Shown here: piece by piece, positions 20,481 to 29,699 of the stretch
How the letters are laid out: each line of letters opens with the position of its first letter
Position numbering within the stretch: position 1 is the stretch's first letter
Assembly: GCA_021797995.1 (NCBI GenBank)
Contig: JAJZYR010000003.1
Location: 8,798-72,797, forward strand
From: Candidatus Micrarchaeota archaeon
Lineage (GTDB): Archaea; Micrarchaeota; Micrarchaeia; Micrarchaeales; CABMGC01
DNA length: 64,000 nucleotides
Reading direction: 5' to 3'
The notes under the pieces: generated by a model
Database searches by the model: none
Told to the model about the DNA's origin: nothing
The model's input: the letters and a program-made list of their open reading frames with translations, nothing else
Program-made: the position numbers and the translations under genes

Positions 20481-20888
20481 ATGCTGGCCGAAAGACCGGT
20501 AAGGGCATCGGCAGATCCCCTTGTTGCCATACTGCGCCGCCAAGAGGCCGATTATCCTGCAACAAACCCGGCCGGGGAGGAAGAGAGGAATACAGGGGCG
20601 CCTGCCAGTGCAGGCGGCAACATTCGCTGCGCCCTGCTCAAAGACGCCATAAGGTCTGACGACGGCGAGATGTTCGGTTCTATGCTGCAGACCAACTTGC
20701 GGATAACTATCACGAAACTCACGGTAGATGGGATTGGAGAGGTGCAGCCTGGACCCTCCACGGCCGTGATCCAGTTTTCTGGCATAAAGCGCGCGGAGGG
20801 CAGGTCCTCCACGGTCACCGCAGTCTTTGGCGAGTCTGGAGGCTTCGCAATGGCCGATGCAAGGGAGAAAAATGCAGAGAGCGGATAA
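20481..20888 (+). CDS. hypothetical protein
   Basis: ORF open from 20424 (TTG). The ATG at 20481 lies about 35-40 nt downstream of ATTTAAAT (20438-20445). Its end abuts the convergent metG stop. Confidence 0.4.
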   Translation: MLAERPVRASADPLVAILRRQEADYPATNPAGEEERNTGAPASAGGNIRCALLKDAIRSDDGEMFGSMLQTNLRITITKLTVDGIGEVQPGPSTAVIQFSGIKRAEGRSSTVTAVFGESGGFAMADAREKNAESG

Positions 20889-22343
20889 TCACGCAACCTT
20901 CCTGAAGAGGTGCTCGCCCTTTGTTATCCTTCCCCTGAACTCCCCGAACCTGCAGTCCTCCAGCATTCCTGCACCGACACCGAGCTGGCTGTTTATTTTC
21001 GCAGAGGTGTCGGGCATGAACGGCGAGATGAGTATGGAAATTATCCTGCATGCCTCGGCGAGATTGTAGAGCGCGTTTGCAAGCTCGCTCCCCTGGAGCC
21101 TCCACGGCGCCTTGTCATTGACGTACTTGTTCGTCGACCTTATGAAGGACCATATCTCTTCAAGAGCTCCGAAAGGATCAAACCTGGCCATAAGCCCGTT
21201 AATCCTCTCAAGCCTCAGGTAGCTTTCAAGTTCCGGCTTCCCTGATATAGGGCCATTGAATCTGCTTGCCAGCGTTACCGTTCTTGAGACCAGGTTCCCG
21301 AGGTCGTCAACCAGCTCCCCGTTTATCCTCGTAACCATTGCCTTATCAGAGAAGTCCCCGTCCTCGCTTAGCGGCTTCTCCCTTATCAGGAAGTACCTGA
21401 AAGGATCGGCAGAGTACTTCTTCACCATCCCCACAGGGTCAACGATATTCCCAATGGACTTCGACATCTTCTTTCCATCGACCGTCCACCAGCCATGGGC
21501 AAAGATCCTTTTCGGGACCGGAAGTCCAGCGGACATAAGCATGGCAGGCCAGATCACCGAATGGAACCAGTTTATCTCCTTGCCTACAAGATGCGTATCA
21601 GCCGGCCAGATCGACCCTGAGTCGCCATTAGGCCATCCTATTCCGGAGAGGTATCCGACGAGAGCTTCGACCCATACATAGACGGTCCTGCTCCTGTCCA
21701 GAGGGAACGGAACGCCCCACTTTATCGAGGCTCTCGTTATTGAGAGATCCCTGAGCCCCGCCTTGACCCTGTTCTTTATCTCACCGGACCGCAGCTCCGG
21801 GGAGAGGAATTCCGGATTATCGGAGTAATGGTCAAGGAGCCTCTGCTGGTATCTGCTCAGCCTGAAGAAGTAACTCTCCTCCTTCACCTTCTTGACCTCC
21901 CTTCCGCAGTCCGGGCACTTGCCGCCGGCAAGCTGGAAATCCGTGAAGAAGGTCTCGTCAGGCACGCAGTACCATCCTTCATACTCGCCCTTGTATATAT
22001 CGCCGCTCTTGTTCATCATTTCGATGAACTTCGCCGCGGCAGCCTCGTGCGACGGGCTTGAGGTCCTTATGAACGCGTCATAGGAGATATTGAGGCACTT
22101 CCATACATCCTTGTAGGTGTTGGCAAGTCCGTCAACGTACTGCTGCGGGGTAAGCCCGTTGGTCTCTGCCGCCTTCTGGTTTTTCTCCCCATGCTCGTCT
22201 GTGCCTGTAAGGAAGAAGACCTTTTCGCCATTGAGCCTATGCCACCTCGCCATGACGTCGGCAGCTACGGTGGTGAATGCATGGCCTACGTGGGGCTTGT
22301 CGTTTACGTAGTACAACGGTGTCGTTATGTAGAATTTTCTCAC
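20889..22343 (-). CDS. metG: methionyl-tRNA synthetase (core enzyme, no C-terminal tRNA-binding domain)
   Basis: 484-aa ORF with a HIGH-type motif (KPHVGHAFT), KMSKS and a zinc knuckle (CPDCGRE). Confidence 0.92.
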   Translation of the reverse strand: MRKFYITTPLYYVNDKPHVGHAFTTVAADVMARWHRLNGEKVFFLTGTDEHGEKNQKAAETNGLTPQQYVDGLANTYKDVWKCLNISYDAFIRTSSPSHEAAAAKFIEMMNKSGDIYKGEYEGWYCVPDETFFTDFQLAGGKCPDCGREVKKVKEESYFFRLSRYQQRLLDHYSDNPEFLSPELRSGEIKNRVKAGLRDLSITRASIKWGVPFPLDRSRTVYVWVEALVGYLSGIGWPNGDSGSIWPADTHLVGKEINWFHSVIWPAMLMSAGLPVPKRIFAHGWWTVDGKKMSKSIGNIVDPVGMVKKYSADPFRYFLIREKPLSEDGDFSDKAMVTRINGELVDDLGNLVSRTVTLASRFNGPISGKPELESYLRLERINGLMARFDPFGALEEIWSFIRSTNKYVNDKAPWRLQGSELANALYNLAEACRIISILISPFMPDTSAKINSQLGVGAGMLEDCRFGEFRGRITKGEHLFRKVA

Positions 22344-22346
22344 TGC

Positions 22347-22784
22347 CTATCCCCTCCCCTTCCCCGAGATGCTGCGCACAGCCTTCTCGCACATAGCCAC
22401 TACCCTGCCTGCAGAACCTTCAAGTGCATTATACTGTTTCTCGAAGTTGGCAAACTCATCGCCTGATTCGAACATATATCCTGCCACCGAGCGCAACTCC
22501 AACAGTTTGTTGAAGGTTCCTATGGTCTCAGTGAGCGATGACGAGAATTCCAATGGCACCCTCCCGTTTTCCTTGACCACCTTGGCAAATGCGTCCCCGA
22601 TCGCGTGTATCTTTGGGGTTTCTACTCCGATCGAAAGCATGACGGCCTTAAGTGCGATCTCCACCGACATCTCTAGTCCATAGATTGCAACGTCGTAATT
22701 GCCGTCCTTTGCAGTTGCCTGCGACGACTCCAGCCACCTCCTAGCGCTTAGGATGGCTTCACCGGCTATCTCTTTATTCTCCAT
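22347..22784 (-). CDS. HEPN-domain protein (classical HEPN family), no obvious Rx4-6H motif
   Basis: 145-aa helical ORF overlapping the upstream MNT gene by 19 nt. The only candidate motif is RSVAGY, with Tyr where His is expected. Confidence 0.55.
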   Translation of the reverse strand: MENKEIAGEAILSARRWLESSQATAKDGNYDVAIYGLEMSVEIALKAVMLSIGVETPKIHAIGDAFAKVVKENGRVPLEFSSSLTETIGTFNKLLELRSVAGYMFESGDEFANFEKQYNALEGSAGRVVAMCEKAVRSISGKGRG

Positions 22785-23359
22785 CTAACCATCACCGAAT
22801 CACCAACTATGGCCTTCTCATAGTCGACACTCCCCCTGATATCGTTAAGGAAGTTTGTGAGGACGTCGTTCCTCTCGAAAAGAACCACGCCGTCCTCAAG
22901 GAAGTCTATGTAGATTGGCCTGAACGAGCCAAGGCTCTTCTTAGACAGTATAATCGGCATTATGCGCAGTATCTTCCCAGACTCTCTAAGCGGGACCCTG
23001 AACTTCTCAGCGTGCTCTATAATGTCGTGAACAGCATCGAAATAGTCCATGGCTGCACCGTCCACAACGACCAAAATGTCTATGTCGCTGTTCGGCCCGA
23101 AAGTTCCCCTCGCCACGGATCCAAAGAGGAGAAGGCCCAGGACACGGCTGTTTGCGGCCGCCGTGCTCGTAAATGCGTTCATGTACGCCCTCATCTTCTC
23201 ATCGAGCCTGAGAAGGCGCAGCCTCCTTCCAAGGAACTCGTCTATCACCTCCTTCGAGTTGAGCTTCCTTCCGCTCAGCCTGTAAATGATCTCCTTGGCC
23301 TCCTTTATCTCGGCGTGGGTCTCGCTGTCGATGAGCATCTGTTTGTACTGCCTTTCCAT
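22766..23359 (-). CDS. minimal nucleotidyltransferase (MNT-type) with N-terminal RHH-like segment
   Basis: 197-aa ORF with LLLFGSVARGTFGPNSDIDILVVVDG (GS...DxD). The N-terminus MLIDSETHAEIKEAKEIIYRL is RHH-like. Confidence 0.75.
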   Translation of the reverse strand: MERQYKQMLIDSETHAEIKEAKEIIYRLSGRKLNSKEVIDEFLGRRLRLLRLDEKMRAYMNAFTSTAAANSRVLGLLLFGSVARGTFGPNSDIDILVVVDGAAMDYFDAVHDIIEHAEKFRVPLRESGKILRIMPIILSKKSLGSFRPIYIDFLEDGVVLFERNDVLTNFLNDIRGSVDYEKAIVGDSVMVRWRIKR

Positions 23360-23393
23360 GATAATATGTATATTAAAGATATATATAAATATT

Positions 23394-23570
23394 ATGTATA
23401 AATCTTCTCCAACAAGACTCGCAAAAGGCGCCAGGTCAGAGTACGAGGGGCTGCTGAACCATCCTGATGAGACAGTGCGTGCAAACGCGGAGTCCGTACT
23501 GAAAAGGATGCTAAGCCAAGGCAGCCTGGACTATGACGTGAATCCGCTTCCCCTCCTTCGCCAGGCGTGA
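23394..23570 (+). CDS. small hypothetical protein (58 aa), HEAT-repeat-like
   Basis: LLNHPDETVRANAESVLKRML resembles a single HEAT/PBS-type repeat. The start sits in an AT-rich divergent promoter region. Confidence 0.3.
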   Translation: MYKSSPTRLAKGARSEYEGLLNHPDETVRANAESVLKRMLSQGSLDYDVNPLPLLRQA

Positions 23571-23701
23571 TGGCCAACCCTCCTTACAGAGGCCTTTATA
23601 ACTTCCTTTCAGGAACCGGTGCAGTTCCACTATTCCCCTGACATATCCCCCTTTTTATTCCTTTATGTGCCATTTCCTAGAGCCTGAGACGAGGGAGCCG
23701 C

Positions 23702-25786
23702 ATGGAAGGGAAAGATGAAGGTGACAGCACAGTAGAGGGAAAGGTGGTGGAGGACAGGTTCATCGACTTCTACCATACATATTATCCGGCCCAGCTCGAC
23801 GAGCTTTATGTAAGCTACCCTAAGAAGAGGAGCCTTGACCTTGATGTAAAGAACCTGGAGCGCTTCGACATCGAGCTGGCAAACGAGCTCATAGAGAAGC
23901 CAGACACTGTCATACCTAAGGCTAACGCTGCCCTCGCGAGGCTGAATCCCGACCCGAACCCAAAGCACCCGATACATGCAAGGTTCTTTGGGATAGACCT
24001 CCAGATGCCTATGATACAGGACGTGGGGTCGGAGTACATAGGAAAGCTCCTGACGCTGGACTGCCTTGTGGTGAAGCGGGCCGAGATAACGCCAAAGGTC
24101 GACATCGGGGTCTTCAAGTGCTCATTCTGCGCCACCGTCACAAAGGTCAAGCTCGACAACGAGATGCCGCCTGACATCTGTCCGCAGTGCAAAAGGAGGT
24201 CGCTCAAGCAGGTGAACAGCGAATCCGGATTCATAAACCTACAGAGGGTGGCTGTGCAGGACCCGCTGGAGAAACTCAAGGGCAGCACGCCAACCTGGCA
24301 GCTCGAGGTCTGGCTTGAGGACGACATGGTCAACACCGTGATTCCGGGGGACCGGGTGGACATAACCGGCATACTGAGGATCAGGCCAAGGAAGAGCTTC
24401 AAGGGCAAGGAGGAGCAGAAGGTGCTCTTTACAATGTTCTTCGATGCAATTTCAATACAGCAGAAGCAGAAGGAGTTTGCCGAGCTCGACATAAACTCCG
24501 AGGAGGAGAAGCAGATAAGGGAGATTGCCACTGACCCCCATGTCTTCGACAAGATATCGAAGTCCATCGCTCCGTCTATATACGGATACGATGAGATCAA
24601 GCAGGCTCTTGCCCTGCAGCTATTCGGAGGTACGCCTGGCAAGATGCTTGTCGACGGAGGAATGATAAGGAACGACATGCACGTGCTTCTTATCGGGGAT
24701 CCGGGAAGCGCGAAGACGAGGCTCCTGCAGGCCGTTGCGGCGATAGTGCCGAAGGGCATCTATGTAAGCGGAAAGTCCACCACCGCCGCCGGCCTTACGG
24801 CCACAGCGGAGCGCGACGACTTCGCCGAGGGGGGCTGGACGCTCAAGGCCGGTGCGCTGGTGCTGGGATCCGGAGGAATGGTTTCCATAGATGAATTCGA
24901 CAAGATAAGCGAGGAGGATAAGTCCTCGCTTCTCGAAGCCCTGGAGTCGCAGACGATAAGCGTGGCCAAGGCCGGGATAGTCGCAAAGTTCAGTGCAAAG
25001 ACGTCGATTCTCGCCGCGGCAAACCCGAAGTTCGGGAGGTTCGACAGGACCATGCTGCTGGCAGAGCAGTTCGAGATACCTCCTGCGCTTCTCTCAAGGT
25101 TTGACCTCATCTTCCCTATTACCGACGTCATAGACGAGGAGCGCGACAAGCAGATAGCGCAGCACATCCTTATACAGCACAGTGCCGCCGGAGCCAAGCT
25201 CTCCCAGATGGTCGACTATCAGCAGGTAAGTGCGTCTCCGATAGAGTCGTCGCTGCTCAGGAAGTATGTTGCATATGCAAGGAAGAACGTAAAGCCAAGG
25301 CTCACCACAGAGTCAGCAAAGAGGATAGAGAGCTACTATCTGGAGCTCAGGAGGATAGGGATGAAGCAGGGCGCGACGCCGATAACGCCAAGGCAGATAG
25401 AGGGCCTGATAAGGCTCGCGGAGGCGAGCGCGAAGACGAGGCTGTCCGCAACCATCGAGACAAGGGACGCGGAGCTGGGCATCTCGCTCTTCGAGTACAT
25501 GCTTACAACGCTCGGGGTCGACAAGGCCGGCAGGAAGGACATAGACATACTCACCACGGGCATATCGCGCGAGAAGGTCGACAAGATAACCAAGCTGCTC
25601 GGGATAATAACGAGGCTTGAGCAGGAGGAGGGAGGCGCGAAGATCGTAAGGATATTCCAGGAGGCGGAGAAGGAGGGCATAGACAGCACCACGGCAAAGC
25701 GTTACATAGACGAGCTCGACAAGAGGGGAGAGCTATACCATCCCCGCCCTGGCGTATACGAGAGGGTAAAGAGGGAGGAGGGATAG
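23702..25786 (+). CDS. mcm: MCM replicative helicase
   Basis: 694-aa ORF with zinc motif CSFCATV...CPQCKRR, Walker A LLIGDPGSAKTRLLQ, Walker B VSIDEFDK, arginine finger SRFDL and a C-terminal wHTH. Confidence 0.95.
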   Translation: MEGKDEGDSTVEGKVVEDRFIDFYHTYYPAQLDELYVSYPKKRSLDLDVKNLERFDIELANELIEKPDTVIPKANAALARLNPDPNPKHPIHARFFGIDLQMPMIQDVGSEYIGKLLTLDCLVVKRAEITPKVDIGVFKCSFCATVTKVKLDNEMPPDICPQCKRRSLKQVNSESGFINLQRVAVQDPLEKLKGSTPTWQLEVWLEDDMVNTVIPGDRVDITGILRIRPRKSFKGKEEQKVLFTMFFDAISIQQKQKEFAELDINSEEEKQIREIATDPHVFDKISKSIAPSIYGYDEIKQALALQLFGGTPGKMLVDGGMIRNDMHVLLIGDPGSAKTRLLQAVAAIVPKGIYVSGKSTTAAGLTATAERDDFAEGGWTLKAGALVLGSGGMVSIDEFDKISEEDKSSLLEALESQTISVAKAGIVAKFSAKTSILAAANPKFGRFDRTMLLAEQFEIPPALLSRFDLIFPITDVIDEERDKQIAQHILIQHSAAGAKLSQMVDYQQVSASPIESSLLRKYVAYARKNVKPRLTTESAKRIESYYLELRRIGMKQGATPITPRQIEGLIRLAEASAKTRLSATIETRDAELGISLFEYMLTTLGVDKAGRKDIDILTTGISREKVDKITKLLGIITRLEQEEGGAKIVRIFQEAEKEGIDSTTAKRYIDELDKRGELYHPRPGVYERVKREEG

Positions 25787-25877
25787 CGGGCAATCCCGGC
25801 AGTAGTCGGATAGAGCAGCATTCCCATACGGGCAGAAGCCACTTATTCCGCGCCGTTTTATAAATGTGGGCGTAAAA

Positions 25878-25898
25878 CCCACTCCCTACAGGAGTGGG
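25878..25898. repeat. 8-bp-stem hairpin (CCCACTCC ctaca GGAGTGGG), probable IS200/IS605 left-end structure
   Basis: Perfect 8-bp inverted repeat with a 5-nt loop, about 55 nt upstream of the tnpB-like start. An alternative pairing GTGGG (25866-25870) / CCCAC (25878-25882) overlaps it. Confidence 0.5.
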
Positions 25899-25953
25899 AT
25901 ATAAGTCCACTGCAAAGTATATAGATTTGAATGGTGTAACAAACGTGGTCGTC

Positions 25954-26418
25954 ATGAAAACTGCATATAAGTACAGAGCGTATCCTTCAAAGGAACAGCA
26001 AGAAATGCTTAATCGGCAGATGTTCCTCGCAAAGGAACTTTACAACATGCTCCTTGAAAAGTCAAAGACATACCATAAAGAGACAGGAAAGACGCTAATA
26101 GAATACAGGATGAATATACGGCTCACGCAGCTTAAGAAGGAAAGACCGGAATTTGCAGAACTGCACTCGCAGGTTCTCCAGAACGTTTCGAAAAGGGTAT
26201 CGGATGCTTACAGGCACTTCTTCAGAAGGTGCAAAGAGAAGAAACAGGGAAAGAAAGTAAAGGCCGGATTTCCACGGTACAAGAAGTTCGTGCGATCCTT
26301 AACCTATCCTCAACCGAGTGGTTTCAAGATTGAAAAGAAGAGAGTAGAACTTTCAAAAATAGGAAGAATAAACTTCACAAACCACAGGGAGATGGAGGGA
26401 ATTGTCGAGATTAGGTGA
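25954..26418 (+). pseudogene. tnpB: truncated tnpB (IS200/IS605-family OrfB, N-terminal about 154 aa only)
   Basis: MKTAYKYRAYPSKEQQEMLNRQMFLAKELYN...LHSQVLQNVSKRVSDAYRHFF is the conserved TnpB/OrfB N-terminus. The ORF stops after about 154 aa, whereas full-length proteins are far longer and carry RuvC and zinc-finger regions absent here. Confidence 0.75.
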
Positions 26419-27490
26419 TGGTTTGGAGAGGAGGATAGAAAAGAGGCAGCTGGCGAACATAGTCGCGCTCTTCCTCATAGTGCAGTTCGGGGGTCTCCTC
26501 ATAGCCGCATTCAGCTTTCCCCCATCGCAGCTGGTCCTGCTCAGGTCCTACCAGACGCTCGGATCCGGCGGCGGAGCGTACGTCTTGTATCTCGTCCTAT
26601 TCATAATAGCTGCGGCAGCGGCGATGATGGTGGTGTTCAGGCTATACAAGGGCATGCTTCTCTTCAGGGCCTTTGAGGCCTATGCGATCGGCCTGCCATC
26701 GCTCTTCCTCTTCCTCCTGCTCATATCGGACTTCTTCCCGGAGCTGAATCAGCTCAGCGCACTGGCGGTCTCGGCACTCCTGGCCGCGTTTCTTGTCATA
26801 GCCAAGAACAGGAAGCCAGGTCTCAGGAACACCGCGACTGTCATCTCAAGCATAGGGATCGGCGTGATCATAGGCCTGCAGGGGTTCTATCTAGCGTATC
26901 TGATAATGGCAGTAATAGCCCTGTACGACTATATCGCCGTATTCGTGACAAAGCACATGCAGGTAATGGCAAAGGCAATGGCGGAGAGAAACCTTGCATT
27001 TCTGATAGGCTCGTCGGATACGGAGATGGTCCCTGGAAGCAGCCTCACAGCAAAGGAGAGGGCCGCGATAGCCAAGAACATAAAGCCCGCAGCGGTCAGG
27101 AACCCCGAGGTCAGGGCAATGATGAAGAAAGGCGCGTATCCGACGGTCTCGCAGGTCGCTCTTGGTGCAGGGGATCTTGCCCTGCCGCTCATGCTCGTGG
27201 TCGGCGCCTACATAAGCTTTGCAGGATTCTTCATACCGGTAATGGCTGCGGTAGGCGCAGCATTCGGCCTCCTGCTCACGATGAGGCTCCTGCAGAGGTA
27301 CATGGCTCCGCTTCCCGCAATCCCGCCGCTCTTCGCATCAATGAGCCTGTTCATAGGCGCGGCCCTGATCCTCAGCGGACTGGTTGCCGCGATTACCGGG
27401 CTCGAATTCGCGGCGCTTTTTGCATTTATAATGCTGGCGCTTATACTGACCCTGAAGAGAAACGCAGTCAAGGCGCGCCAAGCGCCATGA
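26402..27490 (+). CDS. presenilin/signal-peptide-peptidase homologue (GxGD intramembrane aspartyl protease)
   Basis: 362-aa multi-TM ORF with a YD motif (ALYDYIAVF), GxGD (LGAGDLALP) and a PAL-like PAIPPL. The only available start is TTG at 26402. Confidence 0.8.
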   Translation: MSRLGDGLERRIEKRQLANIVALFLIVQFGGLLIAAFSFPPSQLVLLRSYQTLGSGGGAYVLYLVLFIIAAAAAMMVVFRLYKGMLLFRAFEAYAIGLPSLFLFLLLISDFFPELNQLSALAVSALLAAFLVIAKNRKPGLRNTATVISSIGIGVIIGLQGFYLAYLIMAVIALYDYIAVFVTKHMQVMAKAMAERNLAFLIGSSDTEMVPGSSLTAKERAAIAKNIKPAAVRNPEVRAMMKKGAYPTVSQVALGAGDLALPLMLVVGAYISFAGFFIPVMAAVGAAFGLLLTMRLLQRYMAPLPAIPPLFASMSLFIGAALILSGLVAAITGLEFAALFAFIMLALILTLKRNAVKARQAP

Positions 27491-28493
27491 CCGCCCTCAG
27501 CGCGCCCTCAATTGAGAGGCTATCCTTCCTTACCAGCGATGCCATTATCTCATCCCTCTGTACGCCCGGAGAGGTCAAATTTCCCCTAAGCGCCTCTTCT
27601 ATGCTAAAGCCCCTGACAGCGAAGCCGACTACCGCGAGCATTCCTGGCACGCGTCTCAGCGGAACGTCCCGCAGCGCCGCAAGCTGCTCTACGTTGGCCG
27701 GCCCGCGGGGGCTTGCGGAGTTCCAGGCAGCTGTCGCAGCAGCCTCAAACAGGATGTCAAGACCCTCCCTCTTTATGCGCCTCCTGCCCCTGTCCAGCTT
27801 TTTGAATTCGTTTACGAATGCCTTTATCTCTTCAGGGTCTGCCCTGAGCCTCTCAAGTATGTGCCTCTCCCTGGCATATCCCGTACCCTCATTTCCTCCT
27901 GCCATGCCAAGCGAGGCATATGCCTCGGCAAAGAAGGCGGCGTTTCCCTCAAGCAGCGCCCTTCTGCTCTCGCCGTTCCTGAATCTCCTAACATGACTGC
28001 AGCGGAGCAGCATCCTAGATGCTGCCGCCCCTGCGTTCTGGTATGCCTTCCCAGCCCTTGCCCACCATTCTTCCTTGCGCCTTTGCCAATCATGCATGAC
28101 GAGGTGCGCCACGTCACGCCTTAGCTGCTCCGGCCCAAGACCGGCAGGAACAGCAGCGACGGTGGAAAAGCCGAGGACTCCTTTCAGCACCTCGATGTGC
28201 CTGCCAGTGTAAGTACCGACTTCAATTTCAGGGGCGCATATGCGGCAGCCTCCAATTCCGTGCAGCCAGTCCATTCCAAAACTGCTGGCGTAATCTATGC
28301 AGAAAGGCTCTGGATCAGGGGACGTTATACGGCTCAAATACAGCGAGCTGCCCCTAACCTCCCTCTTTATGCCCTCCCTGTACCATGCGAGGCCGTCGGT
28401 GTTCCAAAGGCCTTCACGGCCGCTCCCTGCGGTGCGTATCGAATCCACATCTCCCCTGCGCCTGCATCTCCTTTGCACATTGATCGGCCTCAA
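27468..28493 (-). CDS. hypothetical protein
   Basis: 341-aa ORF starting 15 nt downstream of the pilin-like gene on the same strand. No recognisable motif. Confidence 0.45.
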   Translation of the reverse strand: MRPINVQRRCRRRGDVDSIRTAGSGREGLWNTDGLAWYREGIKREVRGSSLYLSRITSPDPEPFCIDYASSFGMDWLHGIGGCRICAPEIEVGTYTGRHIEVLKGVLGFSTVAAVPAGLGPEQLRRDVAHLVMHDWQRRKEEWWARAGKAYQNAGAAASRMLLRCSHVRRFRNGESRRALLEGNAAFFAEAYASLGMAGGNEGTGYARERHILERLRADPEEIKAFVNEFKKLDRGRRRIKREGLDILFEAAATAAWNSASPRGPANVEQLAALRDVPLRRVPGMLAVVGFAVRGFSIEEALRGNLTSPGVQRDEIMASLVRKDSLSIEGALRAVMALGAP

Positions 28494-28508
28494 ATCCGGC
28501 GAACCGGG

Positions 28509-29057
28509 TTATGTATACTTGGCGTTTATCGACGCAATCTGCTGTATCTGCGGAACCCCGTATCCCGGAGAAGTATAATTGAGCCAGATGTATCCTGTAA
28601 ATGAGCTTCCGAGCTGGCCGGTGGCGACGATGCCGCCGGGCCCGTAGCACGGAACCTCAAACTGCATCTGCATGCCGCTGTACATGCTGTTCTTTGAGAA
28701 GACCATTCCCGGGTAATACAGTGAATTCGCCGTTACGTAGATATTCCCCTCGCCGGGCGTGTCTCCGATGGAGTTTGCATCTGCGGCACACGCAATCCCG
28801 TTGATCTCTATCTGCGCCCCGGTATCCTGGGCGAGGGAGAGGCTGAGTATCCCGCTGACCGAGTTTATCGAAAAGGAGCCGCATGAGAATTCCGCCGTGG
28901 GGTTGCAATACGGCATTGCCGTGTACGAGTTATTCAATCCTATCTTGTAGAGGGCGATGATCGCTATGCCTATCGCCAGAATGGCCACTCCGTAAGAGAT
29001 GAGGAAGTCAAGCGCCGCCTGCCCCCTCGAGCTTCTACCAACGCGGCAGTCTTCCAA
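28509..29057 (-). CDS. archaeal type IV pilin-like protein (class III signal peptide)
   Basis: N-terminus ...RSSRGQAALDFLISYGVAILAIGIAIIAL matches the [KR]G-Q/A plus hydrophobic helix prepilin signal. TTG start directly abuts the rps2 stop. Confidence 0.7.
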   Translation of the reverse strand: MEDCRVGRSSRGQAALDFLISYGVAILAIGIAIIALYKIGLNNSYTAMPYCNPTAEFSCGSFSINSVSGILSLSLAQDTGAQIEINGIACAADANSIGDTPGEGNIYVTANSLYYPGMVFSKNSMYSGMQMQFEVPCYGPGGIVATGQLGSSFTGYIWLNYTSPGYGVPQIQQIASINAKYT

Positions 29058-29681
29058 TTAGTTCGCCTTCATCTCCAATTTTGCCTCGAAGTCGGAGATC
29101 TTGTAGTTGAACTCCTCAGTGCTCTTTATTAACCCTTTCTCCCTGAGGAACTCCCTCGCAAGCAGGTAGTATATCAGCGCAAGCGACCGCCTTCCCTTGT
29201 TGTTGCACGGGATTATCAGGTCGACGTACTTGATGATGTTGTCGGTGTCGCAGAGTGCGATTGTGGGAATGCTGGTCTTGCTCGCCTCCTTTATCGCCTG
29301 CCTCTCGTTTCTCGTGTCGCTTACCAGCATGATTCCAGGCTCAGAATAATCATCCCTTCTCGGGTTCGTGAAGCTGCCCGGCATGATCCTGCCCGGCATG
29401 GGCCTCGTTCCGGTTATCTCGGCGAATTTCGATGCGGCAGAGATTGCGTATATCCTTGAGGCAGTTACGACGATGTCCTTGGGCTCGAACCTCGCCAGCA
29501 GCTTCGCGGCAAGGCCTATCCTCTCGTTTATCGTGGAGAGATTGAGCAGGAAGAGCCCGTCCTCCCGTATCTTGTATACGAAGCGCCGCATGCCTGGCGT
29601 GGTGACCTTCGTGCCTATATGCACCCCCGCCTCCAGGAACGCCGCCTGGTCGAGCAGCAGCTGTTCAGTTTCCGATGCCAT
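29058..29681 (-). CDS. rps2: 30S ribosomal protein S2 (uS2)
   Basis: LLLDQAAFLEAGVHIGTK... uS2 pattern. The track ORF extends to 29720, but the ATG at 29681 has a GGTGA Shine-Dalgarno-like box 8 nt upstream, and the extension overlaps the tRNA-like gene. Confidence 0.88.
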   Translation of the reverse strand: MASETEQLLLDQAAFLEAGVHIGTKVTTPGMRRFVYKIREDGLFLLNLSTINERIGLAAKLLARFEPKDIVVTASRIYAISAASKFAEITGTRPMPGRIMPGSFTNPRRDDYSEPGIMLVSDTRNERQAIKEASKTSIPTIALCDTDNIIKYVDLIIPCNNKGRRSLALIYYLLAREFLREKGLIKSTEEFNYKISDFEAKLEMKAN

Positions 29682-29699
29682 TGTTTCACCATTTGATTT

